DNA of 64,000 bases from Neoechinorhynchus agilis (Eukaryota > Animalia > Acanthocephala): assembly GCA_051530055.1 (NCBI GenBank), contig CM121342.1, forward strand, positions 9,253,480 to 9,317,479, given 5' to 3'. How positions within the stretch are numbered: the stretch's first letter is position 1; every line of letters begins with the position of its first letter. The notes under the pieces were generated by a model. It was not told where the DNA came from, did not search any database, and saw only the letters and a list, made by a program, of their open reading frames with translations. Position numbers and translations under genes: made by a program. Shown here piece by piece: positions 35,594 through 48,060 of this stretch.

Positions 35594-38500
35594 ATTCAAA
35601 AAGACGCTGTCGACAAAAATACTTTTAGTAGCGTTATATGTTTTAATAAGTATGCAGTTGGGATTCTTAGTGAATATTTTTCAATGTCATCTCTTCTTAT
35701 ATTAATGAGCGATCTTATCAGCTATATTTATTCTAACAAAAGTTCGCTGAAGTTTATGTTCTTACTTTCTGCAAAAAAGGAATCTTAAAACTAACAATTC
35801 GAAATAAAGACTAGGCGTTCTACTTGAGAAGAAGCAGTGATTATTTTTATGGAATTTCAAATTGACGATTTCAAAATTGCTGTCCAATATTGAAATTATT
35901 TCGGTGAATGGGTGAAAACATTTGGAAAATGTAAAACGCGCAAATCACTCAAAATTCAGTTAAATCCTTTTTACTTTTAAATAAATCTAATTTGAAAAGA
36001 GGACAATGAAATTTAAAACCTCTCAGGTTGAGTAATGCATCCGGTGGACTCGTTCGATCTTATAGTACGGCAGTACATTACATTTTATTAAAAGTATTCA
36101 TGAACGTGGATTGTGTATTTTGATGATGTTTTAAGTAAAGAAATTAAGCACATGTAAATCGTCTAAATATATTTTCATTTGTCAACTTACAAATGTTCTA
36201 TAATTTTCCGAAAAGGCGACTTTTTTTTCTTGGCTTTCCTAGGTGAAAACAATATTTTCTATTTTTTCTGAAATTATTCAGATTGCATCGCAACTCCAAT
36301 AGAAGTTCAATTAGCATCACAATGAATCTCCCGAATCTCCACATTAGCAAAGGGATCTACAAAATATTTTGTATTTTTAATCTTGACATCTAGATCACCG
36401 TATCGCCTTTACGAATCAGAGCATATTCCCCAAAACTATATTTGCAGTTCATCATGTACGGATTTCGACATAACTGAAGACGTTCTAGTTTAATCCCAAT
36501 TGAAAATCGACAATAATTGATACTTTTTCACAATGGAAATCGCGAAATTCTTGCAACTATTTTACCTTTTCCTGGATCATATTTTCTGATTTGATAGTTT
36601 TTAAGTACTCAAATACCCAAAAAATCGCGTTTATTAACGGTTGAATAAACAACCTATTATTCCACTCCTAAAGGAAACCGGTCATCTGTAGTATAAGCAA
36701 AATTTTAAAGGCTATGATCATTGTTCAGGCCGGATCGATTAATAAAATTAATTAGAAAAGTTTTCTTTAAAGTTATCAAGATCGAGGACTATAAGAAGTG
36801 CCCACGTATTAAATTCTGCTAAAGTTCATGTCCCTTATCTTTTACGAAACAGCAAACTCTATAAAAGACTCATAGTGTTCATTATAACTACAAATCTGTA
36901 CATTTTTGTAACCACGAACAATGAATAATAAATGAGCACATGAAGTAGTAATGCGAGTGTGTTGTTTCCAACGAATTGCTTCATAGGAGATCAAAATGTA
37001 AAACGGAGGTCAGGAACTAATGGGTTCAAAAGGTGCTTATTGCATTTAAAACTTGAATACAAACTGAGTTGAACTAGGCGACTTTTCAAGTGAGGTAAAA
37101 TTCCACATTTTTCACCTTGAAAAAATCCCGAAGACTCGGATCAATTGAGCGAAGGTAAGATTTTACACTTCAAATATTTCGTTTAATTGATTTCGGAAAT
37201 TGTGTATCCCTTTTGTTGAAATATGGTCTAATCGCCTACGCTAAGATCTTCTTTTGCACAAAATCTACACCTAAGACAAAATGCAGTTTGTTTTCTGCTA
37301 TTAGCGTTAGAACGTAACTTCGATATTCAAGACCATAAATGCTCTCTTCGTAATTTATAAAATATCGGTAATGTGAATATTTGTTGTTTGAAGCCGATAA
37401 TCGAATGGGGTTGAAAATTGGTATAAATTGTCGTGCTTGTTACTCAGGCTGCAAACCTCTACACATAATGAGCACCGCCTGTCACCATGCATCTCACAGA
37501 TCGTCCCTTGTCAAAACACAGAATAATAGTATACACCCTGTGGAATCGATTTGTTTTGTTCTATTGTTCGCTCTAAGATCCTAATAAGCTGCATGCTAGT
37601 GATCCGAGTAGATGATGAATTTATCACCGACTCTCAAGCGGATCAATAGAGATGAAAATGCACTTCGCTTTACAAGAACTGGGTTAATTGAATTCGCCTG
37701 TCAGATCTCTCTAGTTCCGATGAAATAATTCAAAGAATTTTAGCAACCATTTAAAGAACTGCATAAACCTTAGAGAATTTGAAAGCCAGTGTTTAATTTC
37801 GAAAAATCTAATCAATATGCTTTTTTCACTTTTGTATGTTGCCTAAAGCAGTTACGGAAAACTCAATGTTTTTTTGCTGGAGGGAACTTTAGACGCACAC
37901 TACTCATTATTCCGGAATTAGCTACATCGATAGAAACATACTCGGACATAGAAATCAGCGTGCGATACAGAATTGATGCGAAAATTGAGAAATATCAGTA
38001 GTTAATCTAAGCTTATAATATTAAATTTATGTTCAAATTACTCGATCTTCATTTGGCTTACCCAAAAGTACTGATAATATCAGTGGCTGTTTTTAACAGA
38101 ATTCGCGTTCATCGAATGATCAAAATGAAATGTTGCTTTCTTTGATACTGAAGGTAAAATCTTTTAAACTCATTTCAAGCCAAGAATTGACTTTTAACGG
38201 TTGAAATTTCCGGGATCTTCATCCAATTAATATCGCCTACTCGCTCGATGCTAATAGAATTTTAGGATTTGAAATTTCATTTAAAAATAATTATAGCTTT
38301 TTCAGAATGATTAATTTCGTAAGAAAGCTTAAAAGTACCTTGAACGATCATGCAATTGGCAAATTTTGCTGGAGTCGATTATTTTATCACCTAAAATACT
38401 AAATTTCCTAACCGATTTTCAACGAAATTCAAATTACGAACTCTTATTGCTTCCTTCGACGTTTACGGTCCAAAAAGTTGAAATTCCGGCTTTTTTTGCA

Positions 38501-38657
38501 CAAAATACACTTTTTCTTTCCAAAGAAACCTAAAAACTTTCCTGCTCATTTTTAAACAAAGTGCTTCATTTTCGAAGAGTTCCAAGAAGGGATAAAGTAC
38601 ATAAATTTCTTAGTCTTCAAAATAATGGTGGTTCAAGATACGGTCAAAAACTGTTAG

Positions 38658-38867
38658 GTTGAGGATTGTATTCGGGTGGTGGGATACGTTATTGTTTAGA
38701 TCGCTTGTCGACACCCGAGGGAGATCGCTAAAGACGAATATATTTCGATTAATTGAATCGGTCATTACTTACAGGCAATTGAATGGGCAATGACCGATTT
38801 AATCGGTCGAAATATATTCGTCTTTAACGATCTCCCTCGGGTGTCGACAAGCGACCTAAACAATAAC
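38658..38867. mobile_element. Palindromic insertion flanked by a 12-bp direct repeat (MITE-like or PLE-derived)
   Basis: Inverted arms of about 80 bp spanning 38688-38867; AAAAACTGTTAG at 38646-38657 and 38868-38879. Confidence 0.7.
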
Positions 38868-39308
38868 AAAAACTGTTAGTTGTTCATTTTTTGTGAAAAT
38901 TAGTGAAGCCTTCATAAACATCTTTGTATTTGAATGAATGATTATGAAGATGTTCTCCATAGATTGTTTTCATCAAGGCGAAATAAAGAAAAATGATTTA
39001 ATATTTCGCCCTTTGGGCGTGGGACTTCTTCAAAGTTGTTTTCATACCAAAATCCATTTCGCTGCTCGCCGAACATAGCTCAAAATCGGTGAGATTTTAA
39101 GTCGTGAAACTTATTTGTTTTCCCAATGGAAAACGGCGACGGTTGCGTCGGAAGAATGTTTCATTGATGAGTTTTGTGGTTGATGAATACGTGGTAGTGG
39201 GGGCGGTACAAGATTGCGTGATTTATTTTATTGTTTCAGATAATCCGGCGGCTAGTGTCTTTACTCACACAAGTTTATATTAATCAAATAGAGCATTAGT
39301 GCCCTACA

Positions 39309-41792
39309 ATGATTGTTTGTGACGACGACTGCAATAATCAAATTGATCTAAGTGATCTTTTCTTTAAACTCGAGGAGGACCGATACGCTAGAAATACTAC
39401 CGAGACTGAAGCAGTTGACGAGGTTAAAGTCCGCGTTCGGGTACCGTTCGGTCAGAAACTGATTCTGGACCGAAAAGACCTCTGGGCTGAACTTTTGTTT
39501 GTACTGAGAAGCAGGTTATCTTCGAAATACGGTCAACCACGCATTATTATTGACTACTTTACCTGCTCAATGATTCACGATTTAAATAGTGTCAAGTCTC
39601 TAAGTTGTTATGAAGATTTGAGAGAGGCGATGAGTACTGGTTGTTTGACCAGTTCGAATGTAGCCGATAGTGATTTGGTTGATGATTACTTGTTTTTTAA
39701 ATTGAAACAAAGACACCATTCGTGTGATTATTCGCCTTCGACCCCAGTGCGATCGAGCTCATATGCCGTTCGAAATAAACGTACTCATATGGAAGATTTT
39801 TATGTATCCATCGATAGAATTCGGCATCCATTCACCGGTCAACAATTGTCCATTCATTTGGTTGTGGATGGACACGGAGGAGCGGACACGGCTCTATATA
39901 CGATTCGAATGGTTCCGTTCATGATACTCGATTCTCGAGAATGCATTGACCAGTTCAAATTGAGAGAAATGTTTAAACAAATTCAGGCTTCGATTGTCCG
40001 AAGAAAGAATATCGATCGACTGGCTGGTGGATGTACGGCTAGTCTTGTGGTTGTTTGCGATGATGTCGTATATGTTTGTTGGCTCGGAGACACAGCCGTG
40101 TATGCTATTGATGAATCAGGTTTAATCAAGTTTAAAGCTAAATCTCATAAACCAGATAGGAAGGCGAGTAAGGAATCCCTTTAGTGTGTTTTATAAACAT
40201 AATTTTTTAGGACGAATTCGATCGAATAAGTCGTTTTGGAGGCGTTGTGAGTAAAAGTGGAGGTGATGTATTCAGGATCAACGGAACCATGGCAGTCTCA
40301 CGAAGCTTAGGTAAGATTTTTAAATAGAAATCAACTTAGTCGTATATGTGAGTTGATTCTTGAAAATATGAACTGTGGCTAAAATCGTGTATGAATTTAA
40401 TTTCTGAAGAAAAAAGGAGTTCCTATTCTTAGTATTGTCTCTTTTTTTTGCCTTGAAAATCTTAAGATCCTACTTTCACATTTTAGCAACAATGATCATA
40501 TCTAAAAATACGTCTAAAAAGGTTACAAGAGACAGAGTTTTTATATGTGAAATTCAGTCTCTTAAATGTCCGAAATTATTTTAAATTTCAGCAAAAGGAT
40601 TTAACTACTAGCTACTAAAAATTTACTTTTTCAAGGGGTAACGTTTAGGTTTCGACTTGCACCTTTTTAAAAGTAATATCCAGTATTATAAATGTGTGAT
40701 CGTGAGATTCAGGTTCCATTCATCCGTCTTCTTAAATTAAGGATATTTAAAACAGCGGAATGAAAATTCTTAGATTAGTCTATCACATAATGTGAGAATT
40801 CCAAAAAGCTATAAGCGAGACCATTAAATTTTTGGTAATATTAAAAGTACGGCATTCAATTAGAAAACCATAGCCTCTTTTTTTAGAAAGTAGAATTTTC
40901 AAAAGGGAGCAGCGTTTTTAAGGTTTGATATTCAATATTATAAATGTATGAGCGCGAAATTCAAATTTTATGATGGATGCGTCCTCGAGACAATGGAGGA
41001 TAAAGATATTTCCCCGTTCTCATGGTAATTTGTCAACATAAAATGGGATCTGCGCTAGAAAAAAGAATGATTTATCCATCTTATTTAAATCATGAAAACA
41101 GCGGAATGAAGATTCTTAGATTAGTCTTTCACATAATCTGAAAGTTCTAAAACGCTATAAGAGCAACCATTAATTTTTTGGTAATATTAGAAGTACGGCA
41201 TTGAATTAGAAAACCATAACCTCTTTTTTTATAGAAAGTAGGATTTCCAAAAAGGAGCAAGGTTTTTTTAAGACGTTCTTTGTTCTAATGTCGTCAATAT
41301 TAAAATCACATATATTATTGAAAAAGAGAATTTGTTATTGAAACTCATGCGCGTTTAGGCGATATTCAGCTCCATCCTTACGTGAGTAGCGATTGTGAAA
41401 TTCAAGTTCTTCGTATATCTTCGCTGAAATACATAATGATTGGTACAGACGGATTCAGTGACTATTGTAGCGATTCGGATCTTTTGAGTGCACTTTATCG
41501 GACTAATCACCAGGAGATTGGGATGGACAATTGCGTTCGGCACCTTGTATCGATTGCTCAACAAAACAAGAGCTCGGACAATATATGTCTCATTTTGGTG
41601 GACCTGAACATGAGATCCAGCAAGACATTTAGTGCAGATTCCTTAAAATCGGCGCGTACTTCATATAACCAGTCTTTTAGCACCGACGAGACTGATATCC
41701 ACCTGACCAAACAACGATCGTCGGCCATTGTTGATCGGCCTCGAATGGTTGTTTGTAACGAATCCGGCCTCCGCGGATACGTATCGGACTGA
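39309..41792 (+). CDS. PP2C (PPM) protein phosphatase, PPM1E/PPM1F-like; exons 39309-40163, 40211-40310, 41359-41792
   Basis: SSYAVRNKRTHMED, VVDGHGG, WLGDT, HKPDRK|DEFDRI..GG, MAVSRSL|GD and IGTDG. Confidence 0.9.
40748..41275. repeat. Diverged direct duplication of about 180 bp in PP2C intron 2
   Basis: AAAACAGCGGAATGAA.ATTCTTAGATTAGTCT... at about 40748 and 41095. Confidence 0.75.
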
Positions 41793-42049
41793 TTGAGCGA
41801 GCAGAATAATCAAGTAAGGCGTGAGTGTATGTGGGTTGTCATTATGAACATAACGCAAACAGTAAATCCCAATTTGTGGATTAAAAATTCAAATATCGCA
41901 AAAGCCAGCAAGAAAAATACACATTCTCTAGAGTATTAGTGCACACACATCCGTCTTTTCCGTCTAATGGCAACTTTTTATGGCGGCAGTTGTTACCGTA
42001 CTTAAAAGACGGAGGCTCCATTTTTCCATAGTCCTCCTCACCGAGAAAA

Positions 42050-42295
42050 TTGTGCATAATGATCACCGAACCCGCGCAACGAATCGGGATCGTTTTAGGT
42101 TGCGTCGCCATTATTTGGATACTGCTGATCACTGCCATGGTCTGCTTTGATGTTAAAAAGGACGCAAGAAAACATTTCAAGGATTGGCTACTTCAAAAAC
42201 TCAGAAATCTTGTCAAAAGAACAAGAAGGGGGAACGAGGATGAAGAAGCTGCCAACCGTACGAAACGAGACACTTTTCGTGTACCAAATCAATAA
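42050..42295 (+). CDS. Putative small single-pass membrane protein
   Basis: Hydrophobic stretch IGIVLGCVAIIWILLITAMVCF followed by a basic tail; a short upstream exon is possible. Confidence 0.3.
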   Translation: MCIMITEPAQRIGIVLGCVAIIWILLITAMVCFDVKKDARKHFKDWLLQKLRNLVKRTRRGNEDEEAANRTKRDTFRVPNQ

Positions 42296-42617
42296 CTATT
42301 CACTCTATGAACTTTTTAAGGGAACCACGCAAGTGTACACCAGACTAATAAAATCGAATCGCTTCTTGTCTTTTTCCGCAGGGAATTGGGGTTTCGTCTC
42401 AAAATGGTTGTTCTACTCCTTGCACAAAATGCGTGCCAAAGACTCCCAATCCCTCTGGGTGTCGGATCTTTCCAAAAAAAGAGGATCGATTAGTGCACAC
42501 ACGAAAAAGGAATTTTAAATGCTTCTTAAAAACTAATTTGAGAACTACTAGTATTGTGGCAAAGAAAACATATTTTAGAAGTGTTATTTAGGCAATAAAT
42601 CGGTAAATACTCTATTT

Positions 42618-42895
42618 AAAACGTTTCGAACCTTGTAGGGTTTATCATTAGTTTGTTATTGGAAGACGCCTAAGACTCAATCAAAGACGCTTAAAACTTC
42701 GTAGGGTTAATCATCATTTTGTTTGTTATTAAAAGAAGCCTAAGACTCTATTAAAGACCTTTTGAACATCGTCGCGTTCATCATCATTTTGTTCGAACAT
42801 CGTCGCTTTCACCATCAGTATTCTTGCTACTAAAAGACGCTTAAGACTATTAAAGACGTTTCGAACCTCGTCGCTTTCACCATCAGTTTGCTTTT
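42618..42895. repeat. Degenerate tandem repeat, unit about 65 bp, about 4 copies
   Basis: Recurring AAGACGC(C/T)TAAGACT..TAAAGAC and TTCGAAC..CGTCGC..TCA.CATCA. Confidence 0.6.
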
Positions 42896-43449
42896 TGCCG
42901 CTCTAGATCGTCCAAGAGCAAAGTGGTTAACACTGGAGCATCCTCGGACTGGTCGATAGAGCTCATTTCTTTATCTGAAGAGATTGCATTTGAAGATCAA
43001 GCACATGAGCCATATTACATGCGCTATCTAAAAACCATGAAGGTTGAGCTTTCCTTTCGTCTTCAGCAATGAATTCTCCATAGCTATTAAAGCCTTGAAT
43101 CCAAGACGCCATGGGCAAAACACCACTCGGGGTTCCACGCAGGTCATAGGGTAAAGCTCTCGATGTCCGTGAGGTACCAAGCGATAACCCCTTGGAACTT
43201 TCGAGGTGAAAAGTTGGACTGGTGAACGTAAAAAGGAGACAACTAACGTGTAACGCGTTATGATGCTTAAAAAACAGGTCGAGTTGACTTCATCACATCC
43301 CAACGGTGAAAACGGCTGTAGCCCTTTCGGAAAATCCTGATAATGCCATCGCATATTCCGACATTAAGGAAGCTAGCACGTCAACTGCTTCTTTAACCTC
43401 CGCTACTGTGGGTGCTATAGCCGCGGAGTTTAAGGAGGCAGTTGACGTG

Positions 43450-43600
43450 GGCGATTCGTCTCAATCTCTAAGACAATTGTTTTACCAGGTCCTGCGCCGC
43501 GGCACCAAACGATCCAAGTGTCTCGGCCGTTTTTTGAATACAAGGAGACTTCTAGGTGCATATTTTGTGCCGAGGAGAACACGAAATTTTTGTTTTGATC
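43450..43600 (-). mobile_element. RLE-domain remnant (CRE-like)
   Basis: Minus strand gives AETLGSFGAAAQDLVKQLS*RL, resembling the RLE ET.G..G motif. Confidence 0.4.
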
Positions 43601-44199
43601 GAATAGCAGATACTAAATGTAGTAATCGCAGGGATAATAATCTAGCTTTTTATAAGAAGTGTACCAAGGTCAAAGAGTTCTATTTATCGTGCCAAAATTC
43701 AACTTAGAAATTATGGCAGTCGGCGTCCTTAACAGGCCCTCGTTTCAGCCATCGCTCACGAGTACAAAAGGACGCAATTTACTAGCAGCGAGCTTGCTCC
43801 AAATGATTATGCCCGACTGAAATAGAAAAATTCGAAAATTGCTCCAGAACTGTAACTCTCCGAAAATAAAAGAAGCACTAAAAGAGCAAACTGAATTGTT
43901 TAAAAAATAGAGTAACTAAAATAGTTTCAGACTCTAAGAAATCAATTTAGTAATTTGGAAAATAACTCTTACCGTACAAAATTTAACAGCATCGAAACGA
44001 TGCCAAAGAACTATAATATTTTAAGCTTATTAGGAAGTTGTCTGTAACGTTATAAATGATTGAGATCTTTAAAACTTACAATTTTATATTGCCACGCATA
44101 GCCTAATCAATCTCTAGCGATGTTTAAGCGGTTATAAAAGGCAAAGAAATTTCTGTTGTGTTCTCGATGGATTTGAATAACTGGTTTTTATAATGTCAC

Positions 44200-45060
44200 A
44201 ACTACCAGCCTGCGCACCACACAAACCACGCTGCCAGCTTTAAAAATCGATTGTAAATTTTCATTCTATAAAACTTAAAATTGTCCGTAGGTCTAATAAT
44301 GAACATTTCTTATGTAAAACCTCAGTGTGATATAAATATCGATCGTCATACACTTTGATTAATGCTTTATCGATCGTACTACAAACATTAAATACTGTGA
44401 TAATCGGTTATAAAGGGCAGTATTGAAGTATTTGGTGAAAATGTCTGTATGTTTGTAGTGGTTTTTCAACTTAATAAAGATACACATTGGTTAGCTCAGA
44501 AAGCGAATAAAATCGCCGTTAATTTAAAAAGACATTAAGCAAGCAGATTACACAGCTACTTTCCACAAATTGATTTTTCAATTAAAACTGACGACAAACA
44601 TTTAAACGCGCGCCAAAACATTACAGGGAATAAAATTCTGTCGTTTTTTGATACCTTTTAAATCGCCGTCCGCTTTCAACCGCTGTAATTTCGTTTCTCG
44701 CATCGCTCTGTTTCGTTCTCCGATGAATCGAGCGACTTTGGAGCTGATGGTTGATTCTTTACCTTCGTATCGAATGCAAACGGAAGCGTCTCAATGGCCG
44801 TGAAGGATATTTTTAAGTTATTGGTCTGGCGGCGATGCGTACTAAAGATCAAGTCTTTCTTCTGCGATGATCGAATATGTGATGCACCTCCTTACTATTC
44901 ACCAGCACAAACTTCCTTCTGTTGTACGTCATGCATCCGAAAGAAGTCGTAGCCACATTGGAAACGTTGTTTTTCCGATTAATGTTCTACTTTGTGGTCA
45001 TAATTGGTGAAGTCAATTGACTCTCTCACTTGTAAGAGAATTTGTCGGGAGAGTAATGCT
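44200..45060. repeat. Diverged duplicated segment; second copy at about 50170-50680
   Basis: Shared blocks such as GACGACAAA.ATTTAAACGCGCGCCAAA and GTTCTCCGATGAATCGAGCGACTTTGGAGCT.ATGGTTGATT. Confidence 0.7.
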
Positions 45061-45440
45061 GTCGGGCAGTTGAAATCAAAATCCACTGTTTCAAACCTTA
45101 AATTGTTTTGGGCGTAAGCCATAGATTAAATTTTCCAAGATGTTAATTCTGGCTTTTTCCAAGCGTTGCTTTTTAGGGATTTTCCGTTCGCTGCGCCGAT
45201 TATAAATTTCAATATCTACAATATTTTCGCATCTGAGCATCCAGCGTTTCAGTCGATTATCACCAATTGCTTTTTTTTCATAATTCCATTTGAACTTTAT
45301 TCCAGTAGCAAAGGGTACGTCTAGTCTTCCCATCATATGCTGCAATATCGAATTCGTGATAGCTGCAATATAGGAGAACATGCTGTTGAAAATAAAATCC
45401 ATATGTTTGAGATATGGGAATTGAAGTAAGAATTAATTTA

Positions 45441-45486
45441 TTGATTGAATATTTCGATCCAAACTAGGATCTTCTTCAGCGAATTC
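45441..45486 (-). ncRNA. Minimal hammerhead motif in pLTR (left arm)
   Basis: CUGAAGA-A-GAUCC(UAGUUU)GGAUC-GAAA-UAU; stem I imperfect. Confidence 0.7.
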
Positions 45487-48016
45487 TAAAAATCACACGT
45501 TGATCTTATCGGGTGGAATCCGAAGCTTCAATCTGTAATCCGGCTTGTTTCCATCAAAAATGGATGACGACTGGATATACACAGCTTCCATGACCACACG
45601 ACTGAATCGATCGTGACTTTGTAATAACACTTGTATGTTATCAAAATCGATCTGATGTCCAGTATTCACAGCGTGTGAGACCACTGCAGAACTCATGTCA
45701 TTCTTTCTATTTATCGATCGCTTGTGCTCCTGAAATCTCCTGTTTAGATCGTTCGTTTGTCCGATGTAGACCTGATTACACTCACTACATGGAATCTTGT
45801 ATACTGATCCAGATTGAGGCTCGCACGTCCCTTCCCACAATACACATCTACCAGGGTACTGCTACTACCTGTTTGTAGTGTCCTCTGCATCTTCCTGAAC
45901 AAGGATTCATCATGGAAGGGGACCTCTAGGAAAATCTTCTCTTTCTTCACATTAGAAACCTTTCCGTGGCTGTGTCTCACTCCTTCAAGGCATCTTTTTA
46001 CCAAATGTAGAGGATAACCGAGTCTACCCGACAAGTCGAACAGGAAATTAAGCTCTTCATCCCGTATAAATTCATCACTACAGTGTGTAAAAGCTCTGTG
46101 AAATAACCATCTAATCCTAGACATTTTGTATTTTTGCGGTTGCATTGAACTCCATGGAACAAAACGATGCGGGACACCATATTTCATGTACACGCTCGTT
46201 GTGTATGAATTCTCCTTTCGTTTAATGGATACATCGAGAAACGAAAAATATCCTCGTTCCTCAATGTTCATTGTCCACTGTATGTGTTCGTCCTTACCAT
46301 TCAGCTGATTGTGAAGCTCCTCAATAGACAGGACAGAAGAGTCTAGCAATATGAAGGTATCGTTCACATATCTAACCTACAATTCGATCCCAGGGATAGC
46401 CTTTAAGAAATCAGATTCCCGTTGCCTCATATATAACTCAGCTAAGATAGGAGCTAGAGGACTTCCCATTTAGTCGCATCCCTCGAATCGAAAATTGGAA
46501 AATCTGGTACAGAACTGTAAAAGTTTTTTCCAGTCAGTCTTAGTGAGTTTCCATTCATTTTTAAGTGATAGCAAAGGAATAGCTAGATTGATTGCACGAT
46601 TCGAATGAATTTTTGTGAAGAGGGACGTAACATCAGCAGAAACCACTGTGTAAGTAGAACCCCAATTAGAGCGAAGTCTTGATATGAAATGCTCACCATT
46701 ATCAACAGTATTATCGGAAGATCCCATTATACAACGTAGCATATCTGCTATTTTTCGGGACATATCAGTACAGAATGCCGAGTGGGCAGCCACTATAGGT
46801 CGAAACTTAATAGAGTTTTTGTGTACCTTGGCGAGAAGGTATAGTCTGGGCGTTTTTGCATCAGTAGAGCGAAGTGCTTTATAATCATCAGGAGGAAGCT
46901 TCCCTTGATTTTTCAATCTCAAAATAAATGAGTTGAATTCCCTTTCACGACTTTTTGTCGGGCATGTATTGAGCTGCTCAAACTCATTACCGTTGAGGAT
47001 TTCGAGACCCGCTTCTCGATATTGTTGTGAATTCGCAATACAATATCCATACCCCTTATCGATCTTGACAAAAACTACATCATTGATGTCCCTGAGAAGG
47101 TCCATTCCACGCTGCATTCTCCGGGAGATGTTAGAGTTAACATTCTTATTTTTAATAACTGAATCATAGTACTGTTCTATCTTCCAAGTTGGTATATTCA
47201 GATTATCATATTCGAGTCGCGTTCCAAGCTTCTCTAGCTTGATTCTGTATTCAAACTTCTTAGGTGGCGTATAAGGAATGAAATCGGGACGCGCATGCTT
47301 GATAATACTATTTCATGTATGGTCGGTGCCCCGCATCGTTTTGTTCCATGGAGTTCAATGCAACCGCAAAAATACAAAATGTCTAGGATTAGATGGTTAT
47401 TTCACAGAGCTTTTACACACTGTAGTGATGAATTTATACGGGATGAAGAGCTTAATTTCCTGTTCGACTTGTCGGGTAGACTCGGTTATCCTCTACATTT
47501 GGTAAAAAGATGCCTTGAAGGAGTGAGACACAGCCACGGAAAGGTTTCTAATGTGAAGAAAGAGAAGATTTTCCTAGAGGTCCCCTTCCATGATGAATCC
47601 TTGTTCAGGAAGATGCAGAGGACACTACAAACAGGTAGTAGCAGTACCCTGGTAGATGTGTATTGTGGGAAGGGACGTGCGAGCCTCAATCTGGATCAGT
47701 ATACAAGATTCCATGTAGTGAGTGTAATCAGGTCTACATCGGACAAACGAACGATCTAAACAGGAGATTTCAGGAGCACAAGCGATCGATAAATAGAAAG
47801 AATGACATGAGTTCTGCAGTGGTCTCACACGCTGTGAATACTGGACATCAGATCGATTTTGATAACATACAAGTGTTATTACAAAGTCACGATCGATTCA
47901 GTCGTGTGGTCATGGAAGCTGTGTATATCCAGTCGTCATCCATTTTTGATGGAAACAAGCCGGATTACAGATTGAAGCTTCGGATTCCACCCGATAAGAT
48001 CAACGTGTGATTTTTA

Positions 48017-48060
48017 GAATTCGCTGAAGAAGATCCTAGTTTGGATCGAAATATTCAATC
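48017..48060 (+). ncRNA. Minimal hammerhead motif in pLTR (right arm)
   Basis: Mirror copy of 45441-45486; CTGAAGA at 48024, GAAA at 48048. Confidence 0.7.
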
